Assembly: GCF_964355755.1 (NCBI RefSeq)
Contig: NC_092680.1
Span: 11,656,001 to 11,720,000 of the forward strand
Length of the DNA stretch: 64,000 nucleotides
Direction of reading: 5' to 3'
DNA from: Antedon mediterranea
Taxonomy: Eukaryota; Animalia; Echinodermata
Shown piece after piece: positions 11,201-25,630 of the stretch (within the stretch, counting starts at the first letter, position 1; each line of letters opens with the position of its first letter). The notes beneath the pieces were generated by a model. It had not been told where the DNA came from and ran no database searches. It was given only the letters and a program-made list of their open reading frames with translations. The translations under genes and the position numbers were made by a program.

Positions 11201-14200
11201 TTAAAACGATATTAAGCTATTTTGTGCTCTTTGATGTTTTTGTGTAACCAAGTTTCATCGAAAATCACAAAATGGTCTAAAACGTCTCAAAATGCGATTT
11301 GAAGCTTTTCTAAGCACTTTGGTGTTTTTATGTTAACAAGTTTTTTCGAAAATCACGAAATGGTCTAAAATGTCTCCAAATGCGATTTGAAGATATTCTG
11401 AGCACTTTGGTGTTTTTATGTTAAAAAGTTTTTTCGAAAATCACAAAATGGTCTAAAACGTCTCCAAATGCGATTTGAAGCTATTCTGTACACTTTGATG
11501 TTTTGTGTGAAAAAGTTTTGTCGAAATGCTCAAAATGGTCTAAAACGTTTTTAAATACGATATTAAGCTATTTTGTGATCTTTGATGTTTTTGTGTGAAA
11601 AGTTTTATCGAAATGCTCAAAATGGTCTAAAACGTTTTTAAAACGATATTAAGCTATTTTGTGCTCTTTGATGTTTTTGTGTAACCAAGTTTCATCGAAA
11701 ATCACAAAATGGTCTAAAACGTCGCCAAATGCGATTTGAAGCTTTTCTAAGCACTTTGGTGTTTTTATGTTAACAAGTTTTTTCGAAAATCACGAAATGG
11801 TCTAAAATATCTCCAAATGCGATTTGAAGATATTCTGAGCACTTTGGTGTTTTTATGTTAAAAAGTTTTTCGAAAATCACAAAATGGTCTAAAACGTCTC
11901 CAAACGCGATTTGAAGCTCTTCTGTACACTTTGATGTTTTGTGTGAAAAAGTTTTGTCGAAATTCTCAAAATGGTCTAAAACGTTTTTAAATACGATATT
12001 AAGCTGTTTTGTGCACTTTGATGATTTGTGTGAAAAGTTTTAACGAAATGCTCAAAATGGTCAAAAACGGTTTCTAATGTGATTTTAAGCACTTTGATGT
12101 TTTTGTGTAACCAAGTTTTTTCAAAAATCACAAAATGGTCTAAAACGTCTCCAAATGCGATTTGAAGCTTTTCTAAGCACTTTGGTGTTTTTATGTTAAC
12201 AAGTTTTTTCGAAAATCACAAAATGGTCTAAAACGTCTCCAAATGCGATTTGAAGATATTCTGAGCACTTTGGTGTTTTTATGTTAAAAAGTTTTTTCGA
12301 AAATCACAAAATAGTCTAAAACGTCTCCAAATGCGATTTGAAGCTATTCTGTACACTTTGATGTTTTGTGTGAAAAAGTTTTGTCGAAATGCTCAAAATG
12401 GTCTAAAACGTTTTTAAAACGATATTATTAAGCTATTTTGTGCTCTTTGATGTTTTTGTGTAACCAAGTTTCATCGAAAATCACAAAATGGTCTAAAACG
12501 TCTCAAAATGCGATTTGAAGCTTTTCTAAGCACTTTGGTGTTTTTATCTTAACAAGTTTTTTCGAAAATCACGAAATGGTCTAAAATGTCTCCAAATGCG
12601 ATTTGAAGATATTCTGAGCACTTTGGTGTTTTTATGTTGAAAAGTTTTTTCGAAAATCACAAAATGGTCTAAAACGTCTCCAAATGCGATTTGAAGCTCT
12701 TCTGTACACTTTGATGTTTTGTGTGAAAAAGTTTTGTCGAAATGCTCAAAATGGTCTAAAACGTTTTTAAATACGATATTAAGCTGTTTTGTGCACTTTG
12801 ATGATTTGTGTGAAAAGTTTTAACGAAATGCTCAAAATGGTCTAAAACGGTTTCTAATGTGATTTTAAGCACTTTGATGTTTTTGTGTAACCAAGTTTTT
12901 TCGAAAATCACAAAATAGTCTAAAACGTCTCCAAATGCGATTTGAAGCTTTTCTAAGCACTTTGGTGTTTTTATGTTAACAAGTTTTTTCGAAAATCACA
13001 AAATGGTCTAAAACGTCTCCAAATGCGATTTGAGGATATTCTGAGCACTTTGGTGTTTTTTTGTTAAAAAGTTTTTTCGAAAATCACAAAATGGTCTAAA
13101 ACGTCTCCAAATGCGATTTGAAGCTATTCTGTACACTTTGATGTTTTGTGTGAAAAAGTTTTGTCGAAATGCTCAAAATGGTCTAAAACGTTTTTAAATA
13201 CGATATAAAGCTATTTTTTGATCTTTGATGTTTTTGTGTGAAAAGTTTTATCGAAATGCTCAAAATGGTCTAAAACGGTTTCTAATGCGATTTGAAGCTA
13301 TTCTGTACCCTTTGAAGTTTTTTGTGAAAAAGTTTTCTCGAAATGCTCAAAATGGTCTAAAAAGTTTTCTATTGGGATTTTAAGCACTTTGATGATTTTG
13401 TGTAACCAAGTTTCATCGAAATGTACAAAATGGTCTAAAACGTCTCCAAATGCGATTTGAAGCTATTCTAAGTACTTTTGTGTTTTTATGTTAACAAGTT
13501 TTTTCGAAAATCACAAAATGGTCTAAAACATCTTCAAATGCGATTTGAAGCTATTCTGTACACTTTTATGTTTTGTGTGAAAAAGTTTTGTCGAAATTCT
13601 CAAAATGGTCTAAAACGTTTTTAAATACGATATTAAGCTGTTTTGTGCACTTTGATGATTTGTGTGAAAAGTTTTAACGAAATGCTCAAAATGGTCAAAA
13701 ACGGTTTCTAATGTGATTTTAAGCACTTTGATGTTTTTGTGTAACCAAGTTTTTTCAAAAATCACAAAATGGTCTAAAACGTCTCCAAATGCGATTTGAA
13801 GCTTTTCTAAGCACTTTGGTGTTTTTATGTTAACAAGTTTTTTCGAAAATCACAAAATGGTCTAAAACGTCTCCAAATGCGATTTGAAGATATTCTGAGC
13901 ACTTTGGTGTTTTTATGTTAAAAAGTTTTTTCGAAAATCACAAAATAGTCTAAAACGTCTCCAAATGCGATTTGAAGCTATTCTGTACACTTTGATGTTT
14001 TGTGTGAAAAAGTTTTGTCGAAATGCTCAAAATGGTCTAAAACGTTTTTAAAACGATATTAAGCTATTTTGTGCTCTTTGATGTTTTTGTGTAACCAAGT
14101 TTCATCGAAAATCACAAAATGGTCTAAAACGTCTCAAAATGCGATTTGAAGCTTTTCTAAGCACTTTGGTGTTTTTATGTTAACAAGTTTTTTCGAAAAT

Positions 14201-17200
14201 CACGAAATGGTTTAAAATATCTCCAAATGCGATTTGAAGATATTCTGAGCACTTTGGTGTTTTTATGTTAAAAAGTTTTTTCGAAAATCACAAAATGGTC
14301 TAAAACGTCTCCAAATGCGAATTGAAGCTCTTCTGTACACTTTGATGTTTTTTGTGAAAAAGTTTTGTCGAAATGCTCAAAATGGTCTAAAACATTTTCA
14401 AATACGATATTAAGCTGTTTTGTGCACTTTGATGATTTGTGTGAAAAGTTTTAACGAAATCCTCAAAATGGTCTAAAACGGTTTCTAATGTGATTTTAAG
14501 CACTTTGATGTTTTTGTGTAACCAAGTTTTATCGAAAATCACAAAATAGTCTAAAACGTCTCCAAATGCGATTTGAAGCTTTTCTAAGCACTTTGGTGTT
14601 TTTATGTTAACAAGTGTTTTCGAAAATCACAAAATGGTCTAAAACGTCTCCAAATGCGATTTGAGGATATTCTGAGCACTTTGGTGTTTTTTTGTTAAAA
14701 AGTTTTTTCGAAAATCACAAAATGGTCTAAAACGTCTCCAAATGCGATTTGAAGCTATTCTGTACACTTTGATGTTTTGTGTGAAAAAGTTTTGTCGAAA
14801 TGCTCAAAATGGTCTAAAACATTTTTAAATACGATATTAAGCTATTTTGTGATCTTTGATGTTTTTGTGTGAAAAGTTTTATCGAAATGCTCAAAATGGT
14901 CTAAAACGGTTTCTATTGTGATTTTAAGCACTTTGATGATTTTGTGTAACCAAGTTTCATCGAAATGTACAAAATGGTCTAAAACGTCTCCAAATGCGAT
15001 TTGAAGCTATTCTAAGTACTTTTGTGTTTTTATGTTAACAAGTTTTTTCGAAAATCACAAAATGGTCTAAAACGTCTTCAAATGCGATTTGAAGCTATTC
15101 TGTACACTTTGATGTTTTGTGTGAAAAAGTTTTGTCAAAATGCTCAAAATGGTCTAAAACGTTTTTAAAACGATATTAAGCTATTTTGTGCTCTTTGATG
15201 TTTTTGTGTAACCAAGTTTCATCGAAAATCACAACATGGTCTAAAACGTCTCCAAATGCGATTTGAAGCTTTTCTAAGCACTTTGGTGTTTTTATGTTAA
15301 CAAGTTTTTTCGAAAATCACAAAATGGTCTAAAACGTCTCCAAATGCGATTTGAAGCTCTTCTGTACACTTTGATGTTTTGTTTGAAAAAGTTTTGTCGA
15401 AATTCTCAAAATGGTCTAAAACGTTTTTAAATTCGATATTAAGCTGTTTTGTGCACTTTGATGATTTGTGTGAAAAGTTTTAACGAAATGCTCAAAATGG
15501 TCAAAAACGGTTTCTAATGTGATTTTAAGCACTTTGATGTTTTTGTGTAACCAAGTTTTTTCGAAAATCACAAAATGGTCTAAAACGTCTCCAAATGCGA
15601 TTTGAGGATATTCTGAGCACTTTGGTGTTTTTATGTTAAAAAGTTTTTTCGAAAATCACAAAATGGTCTAAAACGTCTCAAAATGCGATTTGAAGCTAAT
15701 CTGTACACTTTGATGTTTTGTGTGAAAAAGTTTTGTCGAAATGCTCAAAATGGTCTAAAACGTTTTTAAAACGATATTAAGCTATTTTGTGCTCTTTGAT
15801 GTTTTTGTGTAACCAAGTTTCATCGAAATCAACAAAATGGTCTAATACGTCTCCAAATGCGATTTGAAGCTTTTCCAAGCACTTTGCTGTTTTTATGTTA
15901 ACAAGTTTTTTCGAAAATCACAAAATGGTCTAAAACGTCTTCAAATGCGATTTGAAGCTATTCTGTAGACTTTGATGTTTTGTGTGAAAAAGTTTTGTCG
16001 AAATGCTCAAAATGGTCTAAAACGTTTTTAAATACGATATTAAGCTATTTTGTGATCTTTGATGTTTTTGTGTGAAAAGTTTTATCAAAATGCTCAAAAT
16101 GGTCTGAAACGGTTTCTAATGCGATTTGAAGCTATTCTGTACACTTTGAAGTTTTGTGTGAAAAAGTTTTCTCGAAATGCTCAAAATGGTCTAAAACGTT
16201 TTTATATACCATATTAAGCTATTTTGTGCACTTTGATGTTTTTTGTGAAAAGTTTTATCGAAATGCTCAAAATGGTCTAAAACGGTTTCTATTGGGATTT
16301 TAAGCACTTTGATGATTTTGTGTAACCAAGTTTCATCGAAATGTACAAAATGGTCTAAAACGTCTCCAAATGCGATTTGAAGCTATTCTAAGTACTTTTG
16401 TGTTTTTATGTTAACAAGTTTTTTCGAAAATCACAAAATGGTCTAAAACGTCTTTCAAATGCGATTTGAAGCTATTCTGTACACTTTTATGTTTTGTGTG
16501 AAAAAGTTTTGTCGAAATTCTCAAAATGGTCTAAAACGTTTTTAAATACGATATTAAGCTGTTTTGTGCACTTTGATGATTTGTGTGAAAAGTTTTAACG
16601 AAATGCTCAAAATGGTCAAAAACGGTTTCTAATGTGATTTTAAGCACTTTGATGTTTTTGTGTAACCAAGTTTTTTCAAAAATCACAAAATGGTCTAAAA
16701 CGTCTCCAAATGCGATTTGAAGCTTTTCTAAGCACTTTGGTGTTTTTATGTTAACAAGTTTTTTCGAAAATCACAAAATAGTCTAAAACGTCTCCAAATG
16801 CGATTTGAAGATATTCTGAGCACTTTGGTGTTTTTATGTTAAACAGTTTTTTCGAAAATCACAAAATAGTCTAAAACGTCTCCAAATGCGATTTGAAGCT
16901 ATTCTGTACACTTTGATGTTTTGTGTGAAAAAGTTTTGTCGAAATGCTCAAAATGGTCTAAAACGTTTTTAAAACGATATTAAGCTATTTTGTGCTCTTT
17001 GATGTTTTTTTGTAACCAAGTTTCATCGAAAATCACAAAATGGTCTAAAACGTCTCAAAATGCGATTTGAAGCTTTTCTAAGCAATTTGGTGTTTTTATG
17101 TTAACAAGTTTTTTCGAAAATCACGAAATGGTCTAAAATGTCTCCAAATGCGATTTGAAGATATTCTGAGCACTTTGGTGTTTTTATGTTAAAAAGTTTT

Positions 17201-19522
17201 TTCGAAAATCACAAAATGGTCTAAAACGTCTCCAAATGCGATTTGAAGCTCTTCTGTACACTTTGATGTTTTGTGTGAAAAAGTTTTGTCGAAATGCTCA
17301 AAATGGTCTAAAACGTTTTCAAATACGATATTAAGCTGTTTTGTGCACTTTGATGATTTGTGTGAAAAGTTTTAACGAAATGCTCAAAATGGTCTAAAAC
17401 GGTTTCTAATGTGATTTTAAGCACTTTGGTGTTTTTATGTTAACAAGTTTTTTCGAAAATCACAAAATGGTCTAAAACGTCTCCAAATGCGATTTGAGGA
17501 TATTCTGAGCACTTTGGTGTTTTTTTGTTAAAAAGTTTTTTCGAAAATCACAAAATGGTCTAAAACGTCTCCAAATGCGATTTGAAGCTATTCTGTACAC
17601 TTTGATGTTTTGTGTGAAAAAGTTTTGTCGAAATGCTCAAAATGGTCTAAAACATTTTTAAATACGATATTAAGCTATTTTGTGATCTTTGATGTTTTTG
17701 TGTGAAAAGTTTTATCGAAATGCTCAAAATGGTCTAAAACGGTTTCTATTGTGATTTTAAGCACTTTGATGATTTTGTGTAACCAAGTTTCATCGAAATG
17801 TACAAAATGGTCTAAAACGTCTCCAAATGCGATTTGAAGCTATTCTAAGTACTTTTGTGTTTTTATGTTAACAAGTTTTTTCGAAAATCACAAAATGGTC
17901 TAAAACGTCTTCAAATGCGATTTGAAGCTATTCTGTACACTTTGATGTTTTGTGTGAAAAAGTTTTGTCAAAATGCTCAAAATGGTCTAAAACGTTTTTA
18001 AAACGATAATAAGCTATTTTGTGCTCTTTGATGTTTTTGTGTAACCAAGTTTCATCGAAAATCACAACATGGTCTAAAACGTCTCCAAATGCGATTTGAA
18101 GCTTTTCTAAGCACTTTGGTGTTTTTATGTTAACAAGTTTTTTCGAAAATCACAAAATGGTCTAAAACGTCTCCAAATGCGATTTGAAGCTCTTCTGTAC
18201 ACTTTGATGTTTTGTTTGAAAAAGTTTTGTCGAAATTTTCAAAATGGTCTAAAACGTTTTTAAATACGATATTAAGCTGTTTTGTGCACTTTGATGATTT
18301 GTGTGAAAAGTTTTAACGAAATGCTCAAAATGGTCTAAAACGGTTTCTAATGTGATTTTAAGCACTTTGATGTTTTTGTGTAACCAAGTTTTTTCGAAAA
18401 TCACAAAATAGTCTAAAACGTCTCCAAATGCGATTTGAAGCTTTTCTAAGCACTTTGGTGTTTTTATGTTAACAAGTTTTTTCGAAAATCACAAAATGGT
18501 CCAAAACGTCTCCAAATGCGATTTGAGGATATTCTGAGCACTTTGGTGTTTTTTTGTTAAAAAGTTTTTTCGAAAATCACAAAATGGTCTAAAACGTCTC
18601 CAAATGCGATTTGAAGCTATTCTGTACACTTTGATGTTTTGTGTGAAAAAGTTTTGTCGAAATGCTCAAAATGGTCTAAAACGTTTTTAAATACGATATT
18701 AAGCTATTTTGTGATCTTTGATGTTTTTGTGTGAAAAGTTTTATCGAAATGCTCAAAATGGTCTAAAACGTTTTTAAAACGATATTAAGCTATTTTGTGC
18801 TCTTTGATGTTTTTGTGTAACCAAGTTTCATCGAAAATCACAAAATGGTCTAAAACGTCGCCAAATGCGATTTGAAGCTTTTCTAAGCACTTTGGTGTTT
18901 TTATGTTAACAAGTTTTTTCGAAAATCACGAAATGGTCTAAAATATCTCCAAATGCGATTTGAAGATATTCTGAGCACTTTGGTGTTTTTATGTTAAAAA
19001 GTTTTTTCGAAAATCACAAAATGGTCTAAAACGTCTCCAAACGCGATTTGAAGCTCTTCTGTACACTTTGATGTTTTGTGTGAAAAAGTTTTGTCGAAAT
19101 TCTCAAAATGGTCTAAAACGTTTTTAAATACGATATTAAGCTGTTTTGTGCACTTTGATGATTTGTGTGAAAAGTTTTAACGAAATGCTCAAAATGGTCA
19201 AAAACGGTTTCTAATGTGATTTTAAGCACTTTGATGTTTTTGTGTAACCAAGTTTTTTCAAAAATCACAAAATGGTCTAAAACGTCTCCAAATGCGATTT
19301 GAAGCTTTTCTAAGCACTTTGGTGTTTTTATGTTAACAAGTTTTTTCGAAAATCACAAAATGGTCTAAAACGTCTCCAAATGCGATTTGAAGATATTCTG
19401 AGCACTTTGGTGTTTTTATGTTAAAAAGTTTTTTCGAAAATCACAAAATAGTCTAAAACGTCTCCAAATGCGATTTGAAGCTATTCTGTACACTTTGATG
19501 TTTTGTGTGAAAAAGTTTTGTC

Positions 19523-22500
19523 GAAATTCTCAAAATGGTCTAAAACGTTTTTAAATACGATATTAAGCTGTTTTGTGCACTTTGATGATTTGTGTGAAAA
19601 GTTTTAACGAAATGCTCAAAATGGTCTAAAACGGTTTCTAATGTGATTTTAAGCACTTTGATGTTTTTGTGTAACCAAGTTTTTTCGAAAATCACAAAAT
19701 AGTCTAAAACGTCTCCAAATGCGATTTGAAGCTTTTCTAAGCACTTTGGTGTTTTTATGTTAACAAGTTTTTTCGAAAATCACAAAATGGTCTAAAACGT
19801 CTCCAAATGCGATTTGAGGATATTCTGAGCAGTTTGGTGTTTTTTTGTTAAAAAGTTTTTTCGAAAATAACAAAATGGTTATAAAACGTCTCCAAATGCG
19901 ATTTGAAGCTATTCTGTACACTTTGATGTTTTGTGTGAAAAAGTTTTGTCGAAATGCTCAAAATGGTCTAAAACGTTTTTAAATACGATATTAAGCTATT
20001 TTGTGATCTTTGATGTTTTTGTGTGAAAAGTTTTATCGAAATGCTCAAAATGGTCTAAAACGGTTTCTATTGTGATTTTAAGCACTTTGATGATTTTGTG
20101 TAACCAAGTTTCATCGAAATGTACAAAATGGTCTAAAACGTCTCCAAATGCGATTTGAAGCTATTCTAAGTACTTTTGTGTTTTTATGTTAACAAGTTTT
20201 TTCGAAAATCACAAAATGGTCTAAAACGTCTTCAAATGCGATTTGAAGCTATTCTGTACACTTTGATGTTTTGTGTGAAAAAGTTTTGTCAAAATGCTCA
20301 AAATGGTCTAAAACGTTTTTAAAACGATATTAAGCTATTTTGTGCTCTTTGATGTTTTTGTGTAACCAAGTTTCAACGAAAATCACAAAATGGTCTAAAA
20401 CGTCTCCAAATGCGATTTGAAGCTTTTCTAAGCACTTTGGTGTTTTTATGTTAACAAGTTTTTTCGAAAATCACAAAATGGTCTAAAACGTCTCCAAATG
20501 CGATTTGAAGCTCTTCTGTACACTTTGATGTTTTGTGTGAAAAAGTTTTGTCGAAATTCTCAAAATGGTCTAAAAGGTTTTTAAATACGATATTAAGCTG
20601 TTTTGTGCACTTTGATGATTTGTGTGAAAAGTTTTAACGAAATGCTCAAAATGGTCTAAAACGGTTTCTAATGTGATTTTAAGCACTTTGATGTTTTTGT
20701 GTAACCAAGTTTTTTCGAAAATCACAAAATGGTCTAATACGTCTCCAAATGCGATTTGAAGCTTTTCCAAGCACTTTGCTGTTTTTATGTTAAGTTTTTT
20801 CGAAAATCACAAAATGGTCTAAAACGTCTTCAAATGCGATTTGAAGCTATTCTGTACACTTTGATGTTTTGTGTGAAAAAGTTTTGTCGAAATGCTCAAA
20901 ATGGTCTAAAACGTTTTTAAATACGATATTAAGCTATTTTGTGATCTTTGATGTTTTTGTGTGAAAAGTTTTATCAAAATGCTCAAAATGGTCTGAAACG
21001 GTTTCTAATGCGATTTGAAGCTATTCTGTACACTTTGAAGTTTTGTGTGAAAAAGTTTTCTCGAAATGCTCAAAATGGTCTAAAACGTTTTTATATACCA
21101 TATTAAGCTATTTTGTGCACTTTGATGTTTTTTTTGAAAAGTTTTATCGAAATGCTCAAAATGGTCTAAAACGGTTTCTATTGGGATTTTAAGCACTTTG
21201 ATGATTTTGTGTAACCAAGTTTCATCGAAATGTACAAAATGGTCTAAAACGTCTCCAAATGCGATTTGAAGCTATTCTAAGTACTTTTGTGTTTTTATGT
21301 TAACAAGTTTTTTCGAAAATCACAAAATGGTCTAAAACGTCTTCAAATGCGATTTGAAGCTATTCTGTACACTTTGATGTTTTGTGTGAAAAAGTTTTGT
21401 CGAAATGCTCAAAATGGTCAAAAACGGTTTCTAATGTGATTTTAAGCACTTTGATGTTTTTGTGTAACCAAGTTTTTTAAAAAATCACAAAATGGTCTAA
21501 AACGTCTCCAAATGCGATTTGAAGCTTTTCTAAGCACTTTGGTGTTTTTATGTTAACAAGTTTTTTCGAAAATCACAAAATGGTCTAAAACGTCTCCAAA
21601 TGCGATTTGAAGATATTCTGAGCACTTTGGTGTTTTTATGTTAAAAAGTTTTTTCGAAAATCACAAAATAGTCTAAAACGTCTCAAAATGCGATTTGAAG
21701 CTATTCTGTACACTTTGATGTTTTGTGTGAAAAAGTTTTGTCGAAATGCTCAAAATGGTCTAAAACGTTTTTAAAACGATATTAAGCTATTTTGTGCTCT
21801 TTGATGTTTTTGTGTAACCAAGTTTCATCGAAAATCACAAAATGGTCTAAAACGTCTCCAAATGCGATTTGAAGCTTTTCTAAGCACTTTGGTGTTTTTA
21901 TGTTAACAAGTTTTTTCGAAAATCACGAAATGGTCTAAAATGTCTCCAAATGCGATTTGAAGATATTCTGAGCACTTTGGTGTTTTTATGTTAAAACGTT
22001 TTTTCGAAAATCACAAAATGGTCTAAAACGTTTTTAAATACGATATTAAGCTATTTTGTGATCTTTGATGTTTTTGTGTGAAAAGTTTTATCGAAATGCT
22101 CAAAATGGTCTAAAACGGTTTCTAATGCGATTTGAAGCTATTCTGTACACTTTGAAGTTTTTTGTGAAAAAGTTTTCTCGAAATGCTCAAAATGGTCTAA
22201 AACGTTTTTATATACCATATTAAGCTATTTTGTGCACTTTGATGTTTTTTGTGAAAAGTTTTATCGAAATTCTCAAAATGGTCTAAAACGGTTTCTATTG
22301 TGATTTTAAGCACTTTGATGATTTTGTGTAACCAAGTTTCATCGAAATGTACAAAATGGTCTAAAACGTCTCCAAATGCGATTTGAAGCTATTCTAAGTA
22401 CTTTTGTGTTTTTATGTTAACAAGTTTTTTCGAAAATCACGAAATGGTCTAAAATGTCTCCAAATGCGATTTGAAGATATTCTGAGCACTTTGGTGTTTT

Positions 22501-23986
22501 TATGTTAAAAAGTTTTTTCGAAAATCACAAAATAGTCTAAAACGTCTCCAAATGCGATTTGAAGCTATTCTGTACACTTTGATGTGTTGTGTGAAAAAGT
22601 TTTGTCGAAATGCTCAAAATGGTCTAAAACGTTTTTAAAACGATATTAAGCTATTTTGTGCTCTTTGATGTTTTTGTGTAACCAAGTTTCATCGAAAATC
22701 ACAAAATGGTCTAAAACGTCTCAAAATGCGATTTGAAGCTTTTCTAAGCACTTTGGTGTTTTTATGTTAACAAGTTTTTTCGAAAATCACGAAATGGTCT
22801 AAAATGTCTCCAAATGCGATTTGAAGATATTCTGAGCACTTTGGTGTTTTTATGTTAAAAAGTTTTTTCGAAAATCACAAAATGGTCTAAAACGTCTCCA
22901 AATGCGATTTGAAGCTCTTCTGTACACTTTGATGTTTTGTGTGAAAAAGTTTTGTCGAAATGCTCAAAATGGTCTAAAACGTTTTTAAATACGATATTAA
23001 GCTGTTTTGTGCACTTTGATGATTTGTGTGAAAAGTTTTAACGAAATGCTCAAAATGGTCTAAAACGGTTTCTAATGTGATTTTAAGCACTTTGATGTTT
23101 TTGTGTAACCAAGTTTTTTCGAAAATCACAAAATAGTCTAAAACGTCTCCAAATGCGATTTGAAGCTTTTCTAAGCACTTTGGTGTTTTTATGTTAACAA
23201 GTTTTTTCGAAAATCACAAAATGGTCTAAAACGTCTCCAAATGCGATTTGAGGATATTCTGAGCACTTTGGTGTTTTTTTGTTAAAAAGTTTTTTCGAAA
23301 ATCACAAAATGGTCTAAAACGTCTCCAAATGCGATTTGAAGCTATTCTGTACACTTTGATGTTTTGTGTGAAAAAGTTTTGTCGAAATGCTCAAAATGGT
23401 CTAAAACGTTTTTAAATACGATATTAGGCTATTTTGTGATCTTTGATGTTTTTGTGTGAAAAGTTTTATCGAAATGCTCAAAATGGTCTAAAACGGTTTC
23501 TATTGTTATTTTAAGCACTTTGATGATTTTGTGTAACCAAGTTTCATCGAAATGTACAAAATGGTCTAAAACGTCTCCAAATGCGATTTGAAGCTATTCT
23601 AAGTACTTTTGTGTTTTTATGTTAACAAGTTTTTTCGAAAATCACAAAATGGTCTAGAACGTCTTCAAATGCGATTTGAAGCTATTCTGTACACTTTGAT
23701 GTTTTGTGTGAAAAAGTTTTGTCAAAATGCTCAAAATGGTCTAAAACGTTTTTAAAACGATATTAAGCTATTTTGTGCTCTTTGATGTTTTTGTGTAACC
23801 AAGTTTCATCGAAAATCACAAAATGGTCTAAAACGTCTCCAAATGCGATTTGAAGCTTTTCTAAGCACTTTGGTGTTTTTATGTTAACAAGTTTTTTTCG
23901 AAAATCACAAAATGGTCTAAAACGTCTCCAAATGCGATTTGAAGCTCTTCTGTACACTTTGATGTTTTGTGTGAAAAAGTTTTGTC
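19523..23986 (+). repeat. 52-mer intermediate-order unit (about 4462 bp), first copy
   Basis: The monomer order DEABCFHICGAC-DEACFJKHIC-EABCGAB-FJKHIBCGABC-DEABCFHICGAC recurs at 25631 and 30011. This copy is 4464 bp, including two 1-bp insertions. Confidence 0.8.
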
Positions 23987-25630
23987 GAAATTCTCAAAAT
24001 GGTCTAAAACGTTTTTAAATACGATATTAAGCTGTTTTGTGCACTTTGATGATTTGTGTGAAAAGTTTTAACGAAATGCTCAAAATGGTCAAAAACGGTT
24101 TTTAATGTGATTTTAAGCACTTTGATGTTTTTGTGTAACCAAGTTTTTTCGAAAATCACAAAATGGTCTAAAACGTCTCCAAATGCGATTTGAAGCTTTT
24201 CTAAGCACTTTGGTGTTTTTATGTTAACAAGTTTTTTCGAAAATCACAAAATGGTCTAAAACGTCTCCAAATGCGATTTGAAGATATTCTGAGCACTTTG
24301 GTGTTTTTATGTTAAAAAGTTTTTTCGAAAATCACAAAATGGTCTAAAACGTCTTCAAATGCGATTTGAAGCTATTCTGTACACTTTGATGTTTTGTGTG
24401 AAAAAGTTTTGTCGAAATGCTCAAAATGGTCTAAAACGTTTTTAAATACGATATTAAGCTATTTTGTGATCTTTGATGTTTTTGTGTGAAAAGTTTTATC
24501 GAAATGCTCAAAATGGTCTAAAACGTTTTTAAAACGATATTAAGCTATTTTGTGCTCTTTGATGTTTTTGTGTAACCAAGTTTCATCGAAAATCACAAAA
24601 TGGTCTAAAACGTCGCCAAATGCGATTTGAAGCTTTTCTAAGCACTTTGGTGTTTTTATGTTAACAAGTTTTTTCGAAAATCACGAAATGGTCTAAAATA
24701 TCTCCAAATGCGATTTGAAGATATTCTGAGCACTTTGGTGTTTTTATGTTAAAAAGTTTTTTCGAAAATCACAAAATGGTCTAAAACGTCTCCAAACGCG
24801 ATTTGAAGCTCTTCTGTACACTTTGATGTTTTGTGTGAAAAAGTTTTGTCGAAATTCTCAAAATGGTCTAAAAGGTTTTTAAATACGATATTAAGCTGTT
24901 TTGTGCACTTTGATGATTTGTGTGAAAAGTTTTAACTAAATGCTCAAAATGGTCAAAAACGGTTTCTAATGTGATTTTAAGCACTTTGATGTTTTTGTGT
25001 AACCAAGTTTTTTCAAAAATCACAAAATGGTCTAAAACGTCTCCAAATGCGATTTGAAGCTTTTCTAAGCACTTTGGTGTTTTTATGTTAACAAGTTTTT
25101 TCGAAAATCACAAAATGGTCTAAAACGTCTCCAAATGCGATTTGAAGATATTCTGAGCACTTTGGTGTTTTTATGTTAAAAAGTTTTTTCGAAAATCACA
25201 AAATAGTCTAAAACGTCTCCAAATGCGATTTGAAGCTATTCTGTACACTTTGATGTTTTGTGTGAAAAAGTTTTGTCGAAATGCTCAAAATGGTCTAAAA
25301 CGTTTTTAAAACGATATTATTAAGCTATTTTGTGCTCTTTGATTTTTTTGTGTAACCAAGTTTCATCGAAAATCACAAAATGGTCTAAAACGTCTCAAAA
25401 TGCGATTTGAAGCTTTTCTAAGCACTTTGGTGTTTTTATCTTAACAAGTTTTTTCGAAAATCACGAAATGGTCTAAAATGTCTCCAAATGCGATTTGAAG
25501 ATATTCTGAGCACTTTGGTGTTTTTATGTTAAAAAGTTTTTTCGAAAATCACAAAATGGTCTAAAACGTCTCCAAATGCGATTTGAAGCTATTCTGTACA
25601 CTTTGATGTTTTGTGTGAAAAAGTTTTGTC

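Noticed and set aside
23763-23957. 64-aa minus-strand ORF
   Set aside because: It is created by a single extra T in a homopolymer near 23892, has a non-ATG start and is translated satellite sequence.
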